Assembly (NCBI GenBank): GCA_040357565.1
Contig: JBDODJ010000063.1
Strand: one strand, 5' to 3'
Length of the DNA: 63,879 bases
Source: Cercozoa sp. M6MM
Lineage: Eukaryota; Protista; Endomyxa: Ascetosporea
Below the pieces are notes generated by a model, which worked only from the letters and a program-made list of their open reading frames with translations, made no database searches and was not told where the DNA came from. Positions 37,783 to 50,973 of this stretch are shown here, piece by piece. The translations under genes were made by a program, and so were the position numbers. Position 1 is the stretch's first letter, and each line of letters opens with the position of its first letter.

Positions 37783-40160
37783 TCACTTCACGTGCAGTTG
37801 AGAATTTAGCTGCGCCGCCAGACGCTTTTGGTCCACAGTGCCGATAGAAGTTTCGCCAAAGTGCAACCTACATGCGTTCGTGAGTGCGTTCACTGTCTTG
37901 ACGCGGAGATGACGCAGCTGTGCACAATCAAGTGAACATGATATAATGCAGTATTAAACACAACTGGAATTTACAAATACTTAAAATCTACTGTACCTCC
38001 TCGCCGTTGCGAAGCACATCGGCACTCAAAAGATTGTGCCGTTCCAAAATGTCATGTGCGACCTCGACGTACGTGTCAACTGGAACGGTAACGCGAGGAT
38101 CCTCGCCAGTCTCGCTTTTAGCTGTCTCAGCACCTTCGAGCACTTGCTGCAGCTGCTGGCAGTCGCGCAGCAAGCCTGCCAGTTGTAGCACCACTTTGCG
38201 CTGCGGAAGCATCGCGTACGTTGACAGAAGCGTGCTTGACGCGCTCTTCAGTGTCCTGGTGTCTTCTTGGGCAAAATGAGCACTACGCATCTCGAAATCC
38301 ATGCGTTCGTAGTCACGCGCGGTGCGATGTGGCGCCAGCCACAAGGTTTCGGTACTTTCGGAATCACTCAGTTGCGCGTGTGCTGATGTACGTTCGGTGT
38401 TGTGCAGAAGCACCGTCAATATTTTTTGCGCTTCGTCCAAGTGCTTCCTCGCGAGTTCGACTTCTTTCTTTTCCTAGAGTAGGATGGATAACAAATGTCG
38501 TTGAGAGTTGTGTTTATAAGAACAGAGAAATTTACTTGGTAGGCTTTGCAAAGAACGAGCTGGCACTCTGTCGTCTTCACAGCGTCGTTCAAAGATGATG
38601 CGATTTTTAGAATCTCGAGCTTTGTCGAGATCGCTTCATCTTGCTTCCCTGTTGCTTCAAGCTGCTCAAGCCATGAATGTTCCAAGAATACCGAAGATGA
38701 AGTGAGTGCAAGATGTCGTTTACATAAGCTGCCTGTCGCGACAAGACGTACATGCGAAGCTTGTCTCCCTTGCAAGCGAGAGCACAGTCAGCGGCGAGTT
38801 GGCACAGTTTCGGGATGTCGTACTCGTTTTCATCGATGACTATTGGAGCAAACTCGGACAGTGGTTTGCCAGTCGTTTCAAAGTCCAAAAGCACGAGCTT
38901 CGCATCGACAAACCAGTTGCTTAAACCACTAAATATTCAAATTTAGATAGGCAGAAGAATAGTTACACAGGCAGTGTGTGCAAACTGTCGTTTTGCGTCA
39001 AGTTGTTCGGACACGTCGACATCACTGGTTGCAGTTTTGCACGTACGCAGCTGCTCGGCAAAGGCGCACACCGCAAGACGAAGAAGTCGCATCTCTTGCA
39101 GTACCCTCCCGATACGCGACCATACTTGTGACTCACGAATACCAGAATCTGCTGTTGAGTCGGTGTGCTGCAGTTCTTCGGTGTACTTTATTTCTGAGTC
39201 GATTGTATCCGTAGCCGCCAGTTTGCGCAGACACTGCAATACGCGCGAAAACATCACCAACGCGCTGCGCCACCACACTGTTTTCGATATGTTTTGGCAC
39301 TCATTGTTTTCGGCGAGCCTGCAAAAAAACTTCGCGGCAGACATGTTCGCTTGTGTCGCAAGTGACAACTCGCCTCGCCGACTACTGTCTTCGGCACGAC
39401 TCAGCATGGCACTCAGGAAGCCAGCAACGTCGACAGCACGTGTCGTTGACTTTGTTTCGTTCTGCATTTTTAAGACGCCTACGCCTTCAGATGAGTTGAC
39501 AGTCTCACGGCCGAGAAGCATGACCTGCAGATCACCTGCATTTTGCACCTGCTGCAACGCCGCGTACAGCTGCGTCGGAAAACTCAGCGACAGAATTTTT
39601 TTCAGCGAAAGGGGCTCAAAGTCGAGGTCATCTTGCGAAATAGCAGTGTGCGAGATTGAGAAAAAGTCGCAAAAACTGTCAACATAGCCCTGCGAAAGCA
39701 ACAACTTGCACACATTCTCAAATTCCGACTTTTGCTCTGGCTGTTGTCCTTTCGTCTCGGAGTTCGCAACAACAGACGAATCGAGCTGTTCCAGCATGCT
39801 TCCGAAGTTTTTCAAGGCATCATCGTCACTCAGATGGTGCTTTCGGATCGTGGCGGCACGTGCCCGCTTCTGCACTACAACAGGCACGAAAGGAGCTTTT
39901 TTCTTCTTGTCTGAGGTTTTAGCAATCGTCGCAACTCGGAAAGCAGGAGGAGACAGGGAAACCGCAGCTTCTGAGCTCCGCTCGAAATCTAATCCTGGCC
40001 GAGCAACGTGCTGCGAGATGGTTTGCTCGTTGAAACTTGAGGCAGTTTCCGCAGCGACAACATCTGCCTTTCTGCGAGCTGAAACGGATCGACGAGCCGA
40101 CGAAGGGCGACTCCGTCGAGGGGGTCGCAAAACCGGTGACGTCGTGCTTCCGAGCAACAT
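37783..40160 (-). CDS. TPR-like protein with TTC29-like N-terminal motifs
   Basis: LLSQGYVDSFCDFFSI and LSRAEDSSRRGEL...AAKFF resemble TTC29. Long first exon with helical repeats. Confidence 0.6.
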
Positions 40161-40599
40161 GGCGACCGTTTGGCTGGACAAAGCTCTCCAGATAGCGTCG
40201 AACAAGAGCTAATTTCGCCTCAATCTGAGCGTTTCTTCAAAAGAGAGATTCTTTATCTGCTTTTGTTGCGACCATCAGTGTCCTACGCTGTAGTCCCCCT
40301 GTACTGACGCGCACATTTTCTGCACGGCACTGTACAGTTGATTCGCTTCGATTCAGTCGGTTGGCTCGCTGTCACGCTGCCAGTCGATATTGACGTCCAG
40401 GCGAAACGGAAACGACAGCGAGACTTGAAACTTTGCCGTGCGTTCAATGCCACTGTTCGTACTATTTACGAGTACCTGAGTTCAGCTGAGCGTACTGAAA
40501 GGCGGCGTGCGTTACAATTTTCGTTTTGTGTGACTTAACCGAATCCAGTCCTCGTCCTGACACAGCGCGCTTCGCAGCTGAGACTTAACGTTGTTTAAT

Positions 40600-41778
40600 T
40601 TACTCCGGCTTCGAGAAGACGGCGACCTGAGCGGATCGAAGCACGCGGTCGTGGATCGTGAAGCCCGTGCGCATGACGTAGGCAATGTGGCCTGTCGAGA
40701 CAAATACTCTCACTGATGAGACAGGAGGACAGAGGGACAGAGAGGTGTCTAGCGTACCGACTTCGCCCGGCATGACGTCCGACACGGGCACCTGCATGAG
40801 CGCCTCGTGCTTGTTGGGATCGAAGGCGCCGTTTGTGTCGATCTTGTGCACGTGGTTGCGCGACAGCACGCCTGCGCACAGCATTATATATATGTAATAT
40901 ATATATATATATATATGTAAATAAATAAAGATAAATAACTATAAATATAATAAATATAAATATAAATATATAAATATATACACTATAAACATGCAGCTAC
41001 ATGTATGAAAGTATGAAGAGCGGACTCACCCTCGAGCAGCTGCTGCGTCATCGTCATGCCGTCGTAGAGCATTCTCAACTGGTAGCGGTGCGACGACGTG
41101 TCCTCCTCCTCGAAATCATCCGCGCGGATCTCAGCCGGCACCGACTGCAACACATACCAGGAAGAATACAACAAAGCTACCTAGACGAGTCACAAGCAAG
41201 ACTGCAACAACAAGGTACCTCGGTGGCACGCACGAGCGTATCGTTCACCTCAAGAACCGACTCGGCAAAACCTGGGGGAAGGGGGGGTAAAAAATAAGGC
41301 ACAAGATGGGAATAAAAGCACACCAGTCACGGCGAATTTGCGCGCATTGGCGATCTCCTTCGACGTTCGCTTTCGCAGGTTGTCCTGCTCGGCGAGGCAA
41401 CGCAGCAGCGTGTCGTGCTTCTCGGCCAACTGTTCCTTGAGCTGCTTCATCTGCTCCTCCAGCGACTGCTCCGGCTGCGACTCCTCCTGCTCCTCAATCA
41501 CCGGCTCCTGGTTCTCGGCTACCTCCTCCTGCTCCTTGGCAGCGCCTGCGCTGAAGAAACGCGCTCTTCTCTGCGACGACAACAATCACATCGAGATCAC
41601 AAACACACGTCATACACCTGACTACTATATGCCAGCACACTTCACGAACACACACTTAGCGTTCACTGCGCCATCCCACAGCATCTCAGCACAACACAGC
41701 GCATCTGCGGAACTCAAAACACGCACGTACCACTGCGAAACGCGTCGCTGCCAGTCTCGAAATCACCAACCTGCTCAT
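40600..41778 (-). CDS. grpE: mitochondrial GrpE nucleotide-exchange factor
   Basis: Presequence MSRLVISRLAATRF, then LLRCLAEQDNLRKRT, FDPNKHEALMQ and GFTIHDRVLRSAQVAV. Confidence 0.95.
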
Positions 41779-42159
41779 GTTCTGTCTGTCTTAATGCTGT
41801 GTGCACACACGGGTTTTACGTCTGAATGCGCTTGATACGCGGAGATGATGTCAACATCTCGACCGCAAAATGAGTTTTGTAGCCAGCCGTCTGCAATAGC
41901 GCTATGCGAGTTCATTCTCACTTTTTTGTGCTGTATTTATAGGTTGCAGTGGTTTGTTTGATTTAAACGTTCCACTCGCAATGGGCCAAAAGAAGCCATC
42001 GTTGATTATCCGGCCTCATGACCAGACGGTTCTAGTGCAAAAAAAAAAAACAATGCCAGCAAGCCGTACAGGTCTATATTTGGCGCGTTCACTCAAAGTT
42101 AATGACTTCGCGGCGAGCCGCAGTGCAAGTAAATTGTCTGTTTCGATGGACATCCCCGT

Positions 42160-43340
42160 TCAAAGCAGCCATGGCCCCATTGGCCCTAGAACTGCGACAC
42201 TAAGCATTCCTCCCAAGGGATCAGCGTATCGCGGGTGCCCTGTCAGTTCTCCTCTTTTGAGAAGCATTCGCTCGATTTCGTGCATCGTTTCATTCAAGAC
42301 GATGCGGGCATTGCTCAAAGCTGCCACCTTCTGCAGATTCATTCGGTGGATGCGGCGGCACCCGACACTTCTTGCGACCTGATTCGCACCTAGTGGTTGA
42401 AAAGGTATACAGCGCTCTATGCAACTTACTGCAGTACACAAGTTGGTCATTGCTTCGCGATGGTAGTCCACAACACGCTCATTCGGACGAGCCTGCATCA
42501 CACACCTCTATCTTCCTCGTCAACGTGTTTAGTGTTTTTGCGGCGGCTGGGGGGGTACAAAATCAACGACGATAAGGTCGCCTCGTTCCATGATTGCTTT
42601 GATCAGCGCAATCGTTTCCTTTTCCGAAATGTAGTACACCAGACCTTCCAAAAGCCTTCAGCAAAGCATGCCATTCAAAAGAACAATTCCCTCAAAGAAC
42701 TCATCTCCGAGCAAACTTCAGTAAGTTTAGTTTTGTTTACCACACTTTGCGTGAGTCTTCTCGCCACAACGCACTCTGGCGCAACTGCTCCATCATTTCG
42801 GCGGGTGCGCGAACATCCGCCTACAGAGACGGTGGAAATCACTACATTGCAGTCACCTGAAAACAACTGAAGCACCTGATTACCACGATAAAGTCGAGCC
42901 GTGGCTGAAGTTGCGAGCATGCCGTTTTGATTGTCTGTCGCTTGGTTTCTAGCAGTTCCTCGCTATAGTCGACACCGATCGCCGTACAATGCTATTGTCA
43001 AATAGCATAGGAAACATTTGCATTTTAGTTGTGTACTGAAGGATTTGCAGCGACAAACTCGATCTCGGTTGGAGCAGTTCCAGCGCCAAGCGACACCAAT
43101 TGTGTGACACCGTTCTTTGCCATATCCATCAACAGAGTCTGCGTGCGGTGCTTTCGCAGTTTGATATGGTCACGTAAGCCTTCTTGCGAGCTCAGATGCC
43201 TTGGGTTCGACTTGATTTCACCGTGTGAACTGCAGACAGAATCAACAGCTTGTGTCAAAGCTTGCCCTTTGCTGATATCAAGGCAAGCGAGATATCCCTT
43301 TGCTTCTTGCGTTAGATACACTGTCGACAAGTCGCACTAT
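42160..43340 (-). CDS. SAM-dependent methyltransferase, leucine carboxyl methyltransferase (LCM) fold; 5' end unresolved
   Basis: Spliced reading: QLVSLGAG...IGVDYSEELLETK...IVADVR...VWLLEGLVYYISE...IVVDF. Confidence 0.8.
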
Positions 43341-43399
43341 CGGAGACCACTTCATATACGACAGCTTTTGGTCTGTTTAAAACCTGAATTGGAAACTGA

Positions 43400-45120
43400 A
43401 GCTCTCTTACCAGGCCGAGGACGAATGCACTCGTGTCAGGCACACCATATGGTGTCGAATCTGCTCCAAGCCATTGTTGTTGTAACACACGGCGTTAAGC
43501 TATATTTGTAGCGACTCAAGTACCTGTCTCTGACTTCAGCATTGGGCGATCTAAACTTTGAATCTCTGGGGGGAATTAAAAAAAAAAACGGGGCTTCACG
43601 GTTGCAAACCGACGGACAATACCTAAGATCTACAGTAACAATGCGAGTTCGTTCGCTCTTTCTAATAGAAGAGTCCGCTAGCAGGGTACAGTAGCTAGAT
43701 TTACAGTATCCGCTGACCCGTCAAGCCAGGTGGATTATTGAGTCGGGTCATAGACTGACTGGAATGAGCGGAGCCTTACGCCAGTTCCGATATGTCATAA
43801 CCGCTACGCTACACCCACTGGACTCTAAACTGACTATGAAGGTTTCATCGCAGTCTACTGTGGCAGTGACTAAGTTTCGCTCCGGCAACCTATGGACGAG
43901 TCAAATTGCTGAGAGGCAAGGCGCACTGATTGCCTATCCAAGGAGTCTCATGTGTTTCAACACCGACTTCGCCAACTAAAACGCGAAAGATTGGTATTTC
44001 CACAGTTTCTAAATCGAGTTATGTACCAACTGGAGATGCCAGTACTGGAACTGGCAAAGAGGGAGGCGTCTCAGGCAAGGTGTAGCTGCTGTCGTGTCCA
44101 ACAGGGGTTTCGTCCGTGCGCTCAACTCGGCGATAGGCTCCTTCATTGTGCGCATAGTGCAATCCAGTACGCCCCAGTCGAAGAGTCACTGTGCCAGCTT
44201 TGTGTACTCGGGGAGTTGCTCGGGTACGAACACCTACCGTGGCATGCCCCAAGAAGGTCGGAGACATTGGAGTACTTGCTTTCACTGGGCAACTCAGCTG
44301 CTATCTCTTAAAGTTGACACTTGACAGTGAGAGGTACCTGCGGGAATAGGCGAACTCAAATGTTCGTACTTCGGAACCGACAGCGGCAGCGGTACGCGCA
44401 CATGCGCGTCCATCGTTTCAGTTTGGCTCGACGTCTACACGGAAAATGTGTATGGATTGAGCGTGCTGTAGCGGTCCGGTCCGGTCACGGGTAAGACAGA
44501 CCAGACCAAATGATGCTGATTAAAATGAACTTAAAATTTTACCATATTCAGCAGTACGAAAAGTACGGAGAGCAGCGCAACGAGCTGGAGTGTAACGCGC
44601 ACAAGATCGGATGTGCCTTCATTGTTTGCATCGTGATGGCGCACTTCGGATGGACTGTCGTCGATAGTCATTGAGAAGTAAAGCCATGATAAAACCATAC
44701 GATGTCAGCACTATTTAAATTTATAAATTTACTGACAGTAGACATCGTTTGAAGGCTGCTGCAGCTTCGTGATCACCACCGGCCCCTGTTGGCAGTACTG
44801 AGTACCAAAGCAGCTGTAATGGTTTAAACCTCGATACCGTGTGACCAAGGGACCGCACTTGAACAGCGGGCGCACCTTGCATGCCAACGCTGACACAGCC
44901 GTCCATTTCCTCTCTCGGATGCTCGCAAGTCACTACTGAAGCACTGCGCTAGCCAGCAACGCAAGCACGCGTCTCCCGAACTCATTAATATTCCTAGGTC
45001 ATGCCAGCGAAATAGAACTCCGAGTCCTGAGTGCGTGTCTTGCGTTCGCAATCACTTCGCACCTGCAGTGCCGTTCGCTTCAGTTGTCCGTTTGGGCGTG
45101 CTGCAAATCAGCCGCGTATC
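43400..45120 (-). CDS. hypothetical exons: either an N-terminal extension of the methyltransferase or a separate gene
   Basis: Minus-strand GT-AG intron signals and open exon fragments. No domain recognised. Confidence 0.3.
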
Positions 45121-45357
45121 CAGTCGTAAATTTATAGTTTCCCACCCTTCAGGTCCGGTCACACTCGGCAGTGAAGCTTGAAGAGCAGCTCTGAGGTCCG
45201 GTCACACTAATCACGCACCCGCCGGCCGACGTATCGTATAAATTTACTGTACAGTAGCCGTAGCTAGTCCCATTGACACGTGAACGGATAGGGCACTTTC
45301 GACATCTCAGTCGCTGACTGGGCTTGGAGAGGATCCTAACCAAGCCAGCCGAGTAAC

Positions 45358-46843
45358 TTAGCGAAAGCACGGCAAAGTGGATAATTTGGATACCGATCGG
45401 AGAAAGCGACGCTCGAACTGACGTAAACGGCGTCGATGCCGCCTACGCACGCGCTTGGGCGTCGCCCAGACCTTGTTGGACTTCTTCTGAACAGTCCAGC
45501 CTTCAGGTCGCCGGTCTTCACGCAGCAGAAATGCGAACTTGAGGCGAAACATGCCTGTGCAAGCAGTGAATTCTTCTCCTTTGAAGATACACCAGAGTCG
45601 AATACCATCGTCGAAGTCATGTGCAGTTTCGAACAGCCGCACTTGCGAATCTGCCCCTACAACAGTAAACGTACAAACTGACAAAGCGAAAAAGCAACCC
45701 GTAAAAAAGTTTATACCATTGGGGTCAAACAGGAACCACTTGGTCATCTTGCTACGGTACATATCGTCCAAGGTTTCAACGCAACAAACCTATGAGTACA
45801 CAGTAGCCTCAAACATGTCGGCGAACAAACATTAAGCATGGAATACAGTGGGAACGGAGTCAGGCACGCGTTTATTGAGCAGGAGATCGGACAAGCACGA
45901 GCTCAGAGTCTGCGCCAGCTGCGTGTTACTGCAAAACAACACATCAATGGCAACAAGAAACGCCAACAGCAGAGTACAACGGTACACTTTCGTTTCGGCA
46001 TTGCTTCGGTAGCCACGCACAATCATGTCGGCAGGCATCCATTCGTGTCTGCTTAAAAGCACGATTAGTCAATGCGGGAAACGACATAAAAGAACCGCAC
46101 ATCAGGTACCTCAACCACCGAATTCGCCGCTTGTTGTCATCTGTATCGCTTTCGTAGTCACTTTCATCCTCGCTGCTGCTGCTGTCGTGTTCGCTATCGC
46201 GCTCGCTGTCGTTTGCGTCGTTCTCGTCGCGAACAAACGAGTTTTCGATGCGTTGAGAACCAACGATGTTCCAAAACTCAATGGCCTCGTCAGTCAGATG
46301 AGCGAGGTCTTCCTCCAGATTGGAAGCGCACACTTGCCTGAGCACCCAGCTGTTGACCCACAGTGCTGCTGCTCGTCTCATAGTCTACCACCCAGCACGT
46401 AAAAACGGGCACATCTCCGTGTGCCTACAAATAGCGTACGCTGCCATTGCGTTGCGATTTACGCGAATTGCCGCTTCTCAAGAAGTTCGCACGACGCTCC
46501 TCTTTAAAATCCAAAAGCTGCTCTGGCATCTTTTTTGTCTGATGCGCCCAGTCACACAAAAAACTTGACACAGTACTAAAAAAGTGAAACAAAGAAGCCG
46601 AGAGCGTGTGCTGGGGATCTTCTCGGAGCATGCCGATTTATTTACTGTAGCCACGATCGCTTTCCAGTTTTTTTTTGGACCATCGACCTCCCCATCCTCG
46701 GATCGAGCTGGTCCACGAGGGGTTGGCGTCGATTCAACGGTAAGGCCCAAAGGTTGCTCAGTCTGTTCCCCGGCCGAGCGGACGGAGTCAAACACTGAAC
46801 TGCGCTGACCGGCCGGTTTCAGCAGCTTGCACGACCTATCCAT
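45358..46843 (-). CDS. hypothetical protein with an acidic tract
   Basis: Exon ORFs 45944-46381 and 45358-45771 with minus-strand introns. Start uncertain. Confidence 0.45.
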
Positions 46844-46878
46844 GCCACTAGCAAACTAACAGTGAGTTCGCTGGCGCG

Positions 46879-48390
46879 CTAGAACTCTTGCGACTGAAAG
46901 TGCGGCAATTCGACATCGCTGTCGTCGCTGCTGTCCGAGTCACTGCCGCTGCTGCTGTCGTCATCACCGAGCGACAAGAGACCCGACGTCAGAAAGGTGG
47001 TATCAGCACAGTCCTCCTCCTCGTCTTCCTCGATATCAGTGGTGGCCCCACTGGCTTCCTCATCTTCATCGTCATCGTGTGGCACAGCAGACGACACTGC
47101 AACCAGCTGCACCTTCTTGCTCTTCGTGCTCTTCTCCTTGGTCGCTGCTTCAGCTGAAGGCAAAGCTTTCTCGACCTTGGACTTGGCGGCCGAGGCAGCA
47201 CTCTTGCGACGTCGCTTGGCCGGACGACTCGACGCACTGGCCTCGCGAAACACCGCCAGGCGCTCAGCAAAGTCTGCAGGCGGCTCGTACTGCCCGCCGA
47301 GCGCGTTAAGACGCGCGATCTCGAACGACACCTTGGCCGGGGCCATGAACGGCAACAACACCGGGACCGACGGCACTAAGGACACATCAACACATCTACA
47401 ATACACACACAAAACGAAAGCTCACAAAACGCGAAAGCCTAAAGTCAGGGCTACCGAAGCATAAAACCAAACGCTTTCAGCAAAAGCGACAGCTCAAAGT
47501 AAGCACGAAAGCCCACGAAAGTGCGAAAGCTACCATCAGCAGCGGCGCACTTGAGCGGCACGCCGATCAGCGCATCGATCTGCGAAATCAGTGCACGCGA
47601 GCAGCGTGCCCACCGCATGACTGCAATAGCATCGGCCACGATCTTGGCACAGCGCGGAAGCAGCGGATGCCGGGCCTTGGCTGACACCGTGGCCGTGATC
47701 TGCTTTAGCAGCACTGTTGTCTGCTTTGGCGAGCACTTCTCCGGCAGTCGGTGTGACACGTCGTCGAACAGAATCGGCTGCGCAAGTCGCGTTTCGCGAA
47801 GCACTTCGTTCAGCAGCGGCTCGAGTCGCTCGTAGCGCATCGTGCGCACTGTTTCGTCCGAGACACCGTCAGTCTCGCGGCATCGCAGCAGCACCAACTG
47901 CAGCAAGCAGAACAGCGCGCACACCTGCTGCACGATATGACGCGGTGTGCGCGACAACGCCACGTACTGCTCTCACACGTTTGAAAACCAATCGAAAGCA
48001 GCGAGTCATCGAATTGAAGAACGAAGCGGCTTGAAAGCAAGCCCATACCTCGTGACACAAAGCATCGCCGCTTTCGTAGTCGCGAAGCGCGCGAGTCACC
48101 ACTAATTTACGGATTCCAAGCAGTTCCAGCGTCTCCAAGCAAGCCTGACGCTTCTCTACCGGCACCAAGGGCATCTGTGAAATGCCAGAGTGACCAGCCA
48201 AAAAAAAAAACGCATTAATAAAAATACGGGGTCATCCACCTTCGTTCGCTAGCTCAGGTTGACCCTTTCGCAACACACCGCCTTTGGTAAACAACTGAGC
48301 GAAGCCGTCCTGGCCTTGTCCAAGCAGCTCAAACACGTGTTCAAAGCCGGCAGCTGAGTCGGATTGTTTCGTAGCCGTGTTTTGATGCGG
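46879..48390 (-). CDS. hypothetical helical protein with an acidic C-terminus and NLS-like AKRRRK
   Basis: Exon ORFs 47869-48201, 47451-47963 and 46879-47412 joined by GT-AG introns. Confidence 0.55.
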
Positions 48391-48545
48391 TTGTTGACTT
48401 GCTTTATAAGATACTTAATTGCCGAAAAAGTAGTTTTGGCAGTTAACTGGTAGAAATTGTAGGTATTCTTGAGCTTTTGCGATCACCGGCCGGAGACTCG
48501 GATTTGTGTCTTGTTGTTGTTTGCAGACGAACGCAAAACGGAATA

Positions 48546-49296
48546 ATGGACGAGCCGCTCTCGGGCGCGTCGTTCGCCATGTACGGCGTGTCGTTGTTGG
48601 CAGCGACAGGCACGGCAACGTTACCACAGCGAACACAGCGAATGCACGTGCTCGGCAGTGCTGCGTATGCCCTGCCTCTGAGTTGTCGGGTTTTCACCCT
48701 GTAAAACTTTAACTCTCAGATGCGGCGCGTTGTATGGTGCTGTCTGTGGCACTATTCACTACGGCGCCAGTTTTGACATCGCTGACCGTGACCAGCGAGT
48801 TCGCAATGTCTCGCGATTGTGGTTGTTTTTTCTTGTCAAAACAACCAATATCATCCTACCGGAATGTGATTTGAGGAATGTATGCGCAGGAAGTTTGTGC
48901 ATTGGGGATCCGGATTGTTCGCTTTTGGTATTTTTTCTTTTATTCCTTTAGTTTCGTGTATTTATTTTGGCTTGGTTCCGTTCTTTAGGAGCAATGCTGG
49001 CACTGAAACAAGGCACGCCGGAGCTGTTGGTGCGACGCACGTGCTACATCTCTCTGATCTTGCCCTTCCTTTCTCTCGGGTACCAGTTGGAACTCTTCCC
49101 ATGTCGACTTGTGTTCCACCTTGAGCTTGTTATGGAACTGTCTGCTGCAACAGAGGATCTCTTCTGGTGGCGTCAACAGGCGCATTGTGTCGATGGCTTA
49201 GGTCCATCTCAGACCACGAGATTCACGACGATGGTCGATCGAACCACTAGCTTTTATCCGCTTGCACTGAGCACACAACAAAATATTCATTATTAG
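48546..49296 (+). CDS. small hypothetical protein
   Basis: ATG MDEPLSG... followed by short exons and plus-strand introns. Confidence 0.35.
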
Positions 49297-49455
49297 CTGT
49301 CCAGTAGCCTTCTAGCACAAGTACTTCCTCACGCCAATACAATTCAAGAAGTTGATATTTTGGAGATCCTGTTGTGGCGAAAATTAGAGAGCAGGACGAG
49401 TCCAGGCCGTCCAGGGGCGGTTTAGTACGCGCTGAGTTTCATCCGTGGGCTTTAA

Positions 49456-50608
49456 ATGGACGACAACGACTACTCAGACGACGGCGATATTTTCGGTCTG
49501 GAGTCCGGCAGCGAGAGCGAGTCGGACTCGGCGTCCGAGCTGAGCGCGGCCAACGCCGATGAAGACGAGGCCGCCGACGAGCAGCGAGAAATTGACGAAG
49601 AAGGTGCGTTGTTTCTCGCTGTGTTTACGCGAGAAGATGGCTTACTTATGCTTCAGACGAGGACAAGGACGAGGCGTTGCTCCAGGAAGCGCCAGAGGAC
49701 GAAGAAGAATCAGAAGAAGTCGAGCCACGACCCGAAACGTGAGTTTTTCCATTTTAGCTTGAGAAAAACCTTGAAGCAAAAAACTTGGTGTGTTGTGTCA
49801 GTGTTCCTGCACTCCAGTGGTCTCGATCAGCCAAACAGCAATTCACCGCCCTGTGCGCCTTCTCTAGCTTTCATTTCCTTCTAATTGTGCTCACTGAGCT
49901 TTCCTTGTGTCTCTATGTGCAGAAGCGAAGTTTGTTTCGACACTGAAGTTGTACGGCAGTTGCTTGAGTCGGTACCACTTGTGCTTGCAGCAGTGTTGTC
50001 TTTGCTGTGCTCGAGAGCAGTCCTTGTGTTTAATAGAAACTGCCGCCGAATGCCGTGGTTTCAAAAGAAACAGCGCTGGCGGCCTCTGCGCTGACGAAAA
50101 TGGCAATCCTAAAGATCTTGCAAAAGGTTTGAGCTCTTGTTTTTTCTTCTTCTGTTGCTTTGAGCATTATTCTGCCATGGAAACAACTTCAGACGGCGCA
50201 ACAGCGACGAGAAGCGAAAAGACGTCGAAAAGAGTGCAAACTTGGCGAACCTGTGCCAGTAGCATTCTTCTGCACCCTTTTGATTGCTTGTTCATCTGGT
50301 TTGCTCTGACAGAAAAAGCGAAAGCCGGCCCGAAGAATCACGGCTGCAGACATTTCCAACACCTTGTTGTACCACATGCTTTCGCATCCACGCATTTCCA
50401 ACACCCTGTTGTGTCACAGTTACCACGTTACCGCTTTGACCTGTTTAGAAACGGCGGAGCAGATGAATTCCTGCATTTGTCTCGGCCGGAACAACCAGTA
50501 TGCTTTTTGTTTCGTCCACAACTTTCCGTTTCCGACATCGCAAATGTTCAGGAACTGCGTCCGGCACCACTAAGCCGCACTGGTTCGCTGTTCAGTCGGA
50601 GAATGTAG
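49456..50608 (+). CDS. histone-fold protein (NF-YB/NF-YC/CHRAC-like) with an acidic N-terminus
   Basis: Spliced reading VVRQLLES|KLPPNAVVSKETALAASALTKMAILKILQK...KKRKPARRITAADISNT fits the histone-fold helix pattern. Confidence 0.65.
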
Positions 50609-50973
50609 CGTCTCGCGAATCACAAATTATCCTGTAAATTGCGTTGACGCGAATCACCTGTAGCGTAGCTGCGTATGCGTACCGTACGGAGTTCGAACGG
50701 AAGTCGAGTACCGTACAGTGCTAAATTTAACGGAACGGATCCGGAGTAAGTCAAGTCAAAAGGCACTCGACTTAGTTTCCGCGCGGCGCGGGAGCGTTGC
50801 GCTGGAATTGTGTCAGTCAGTTTCGTTCAGTTGGATCGTCATGATCACGTATATTCCGGTGAGTCTAGTCGTGCACAAGAGCTCAAGTTGGTTCCAGTGC
50901 ATGCCAGTGCCGTTGGTGTGCGTTCGAACTTCTATTCACACTCCACCCTGCGTCAGGATCAATTGTCGCAAAA

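Noticed and set aside
40885-41000. AT-rich island in the GrpE gene as foreign DNA
   Set aside because: It is a degenerate (TA)n low-complexity tract confined to an intron.
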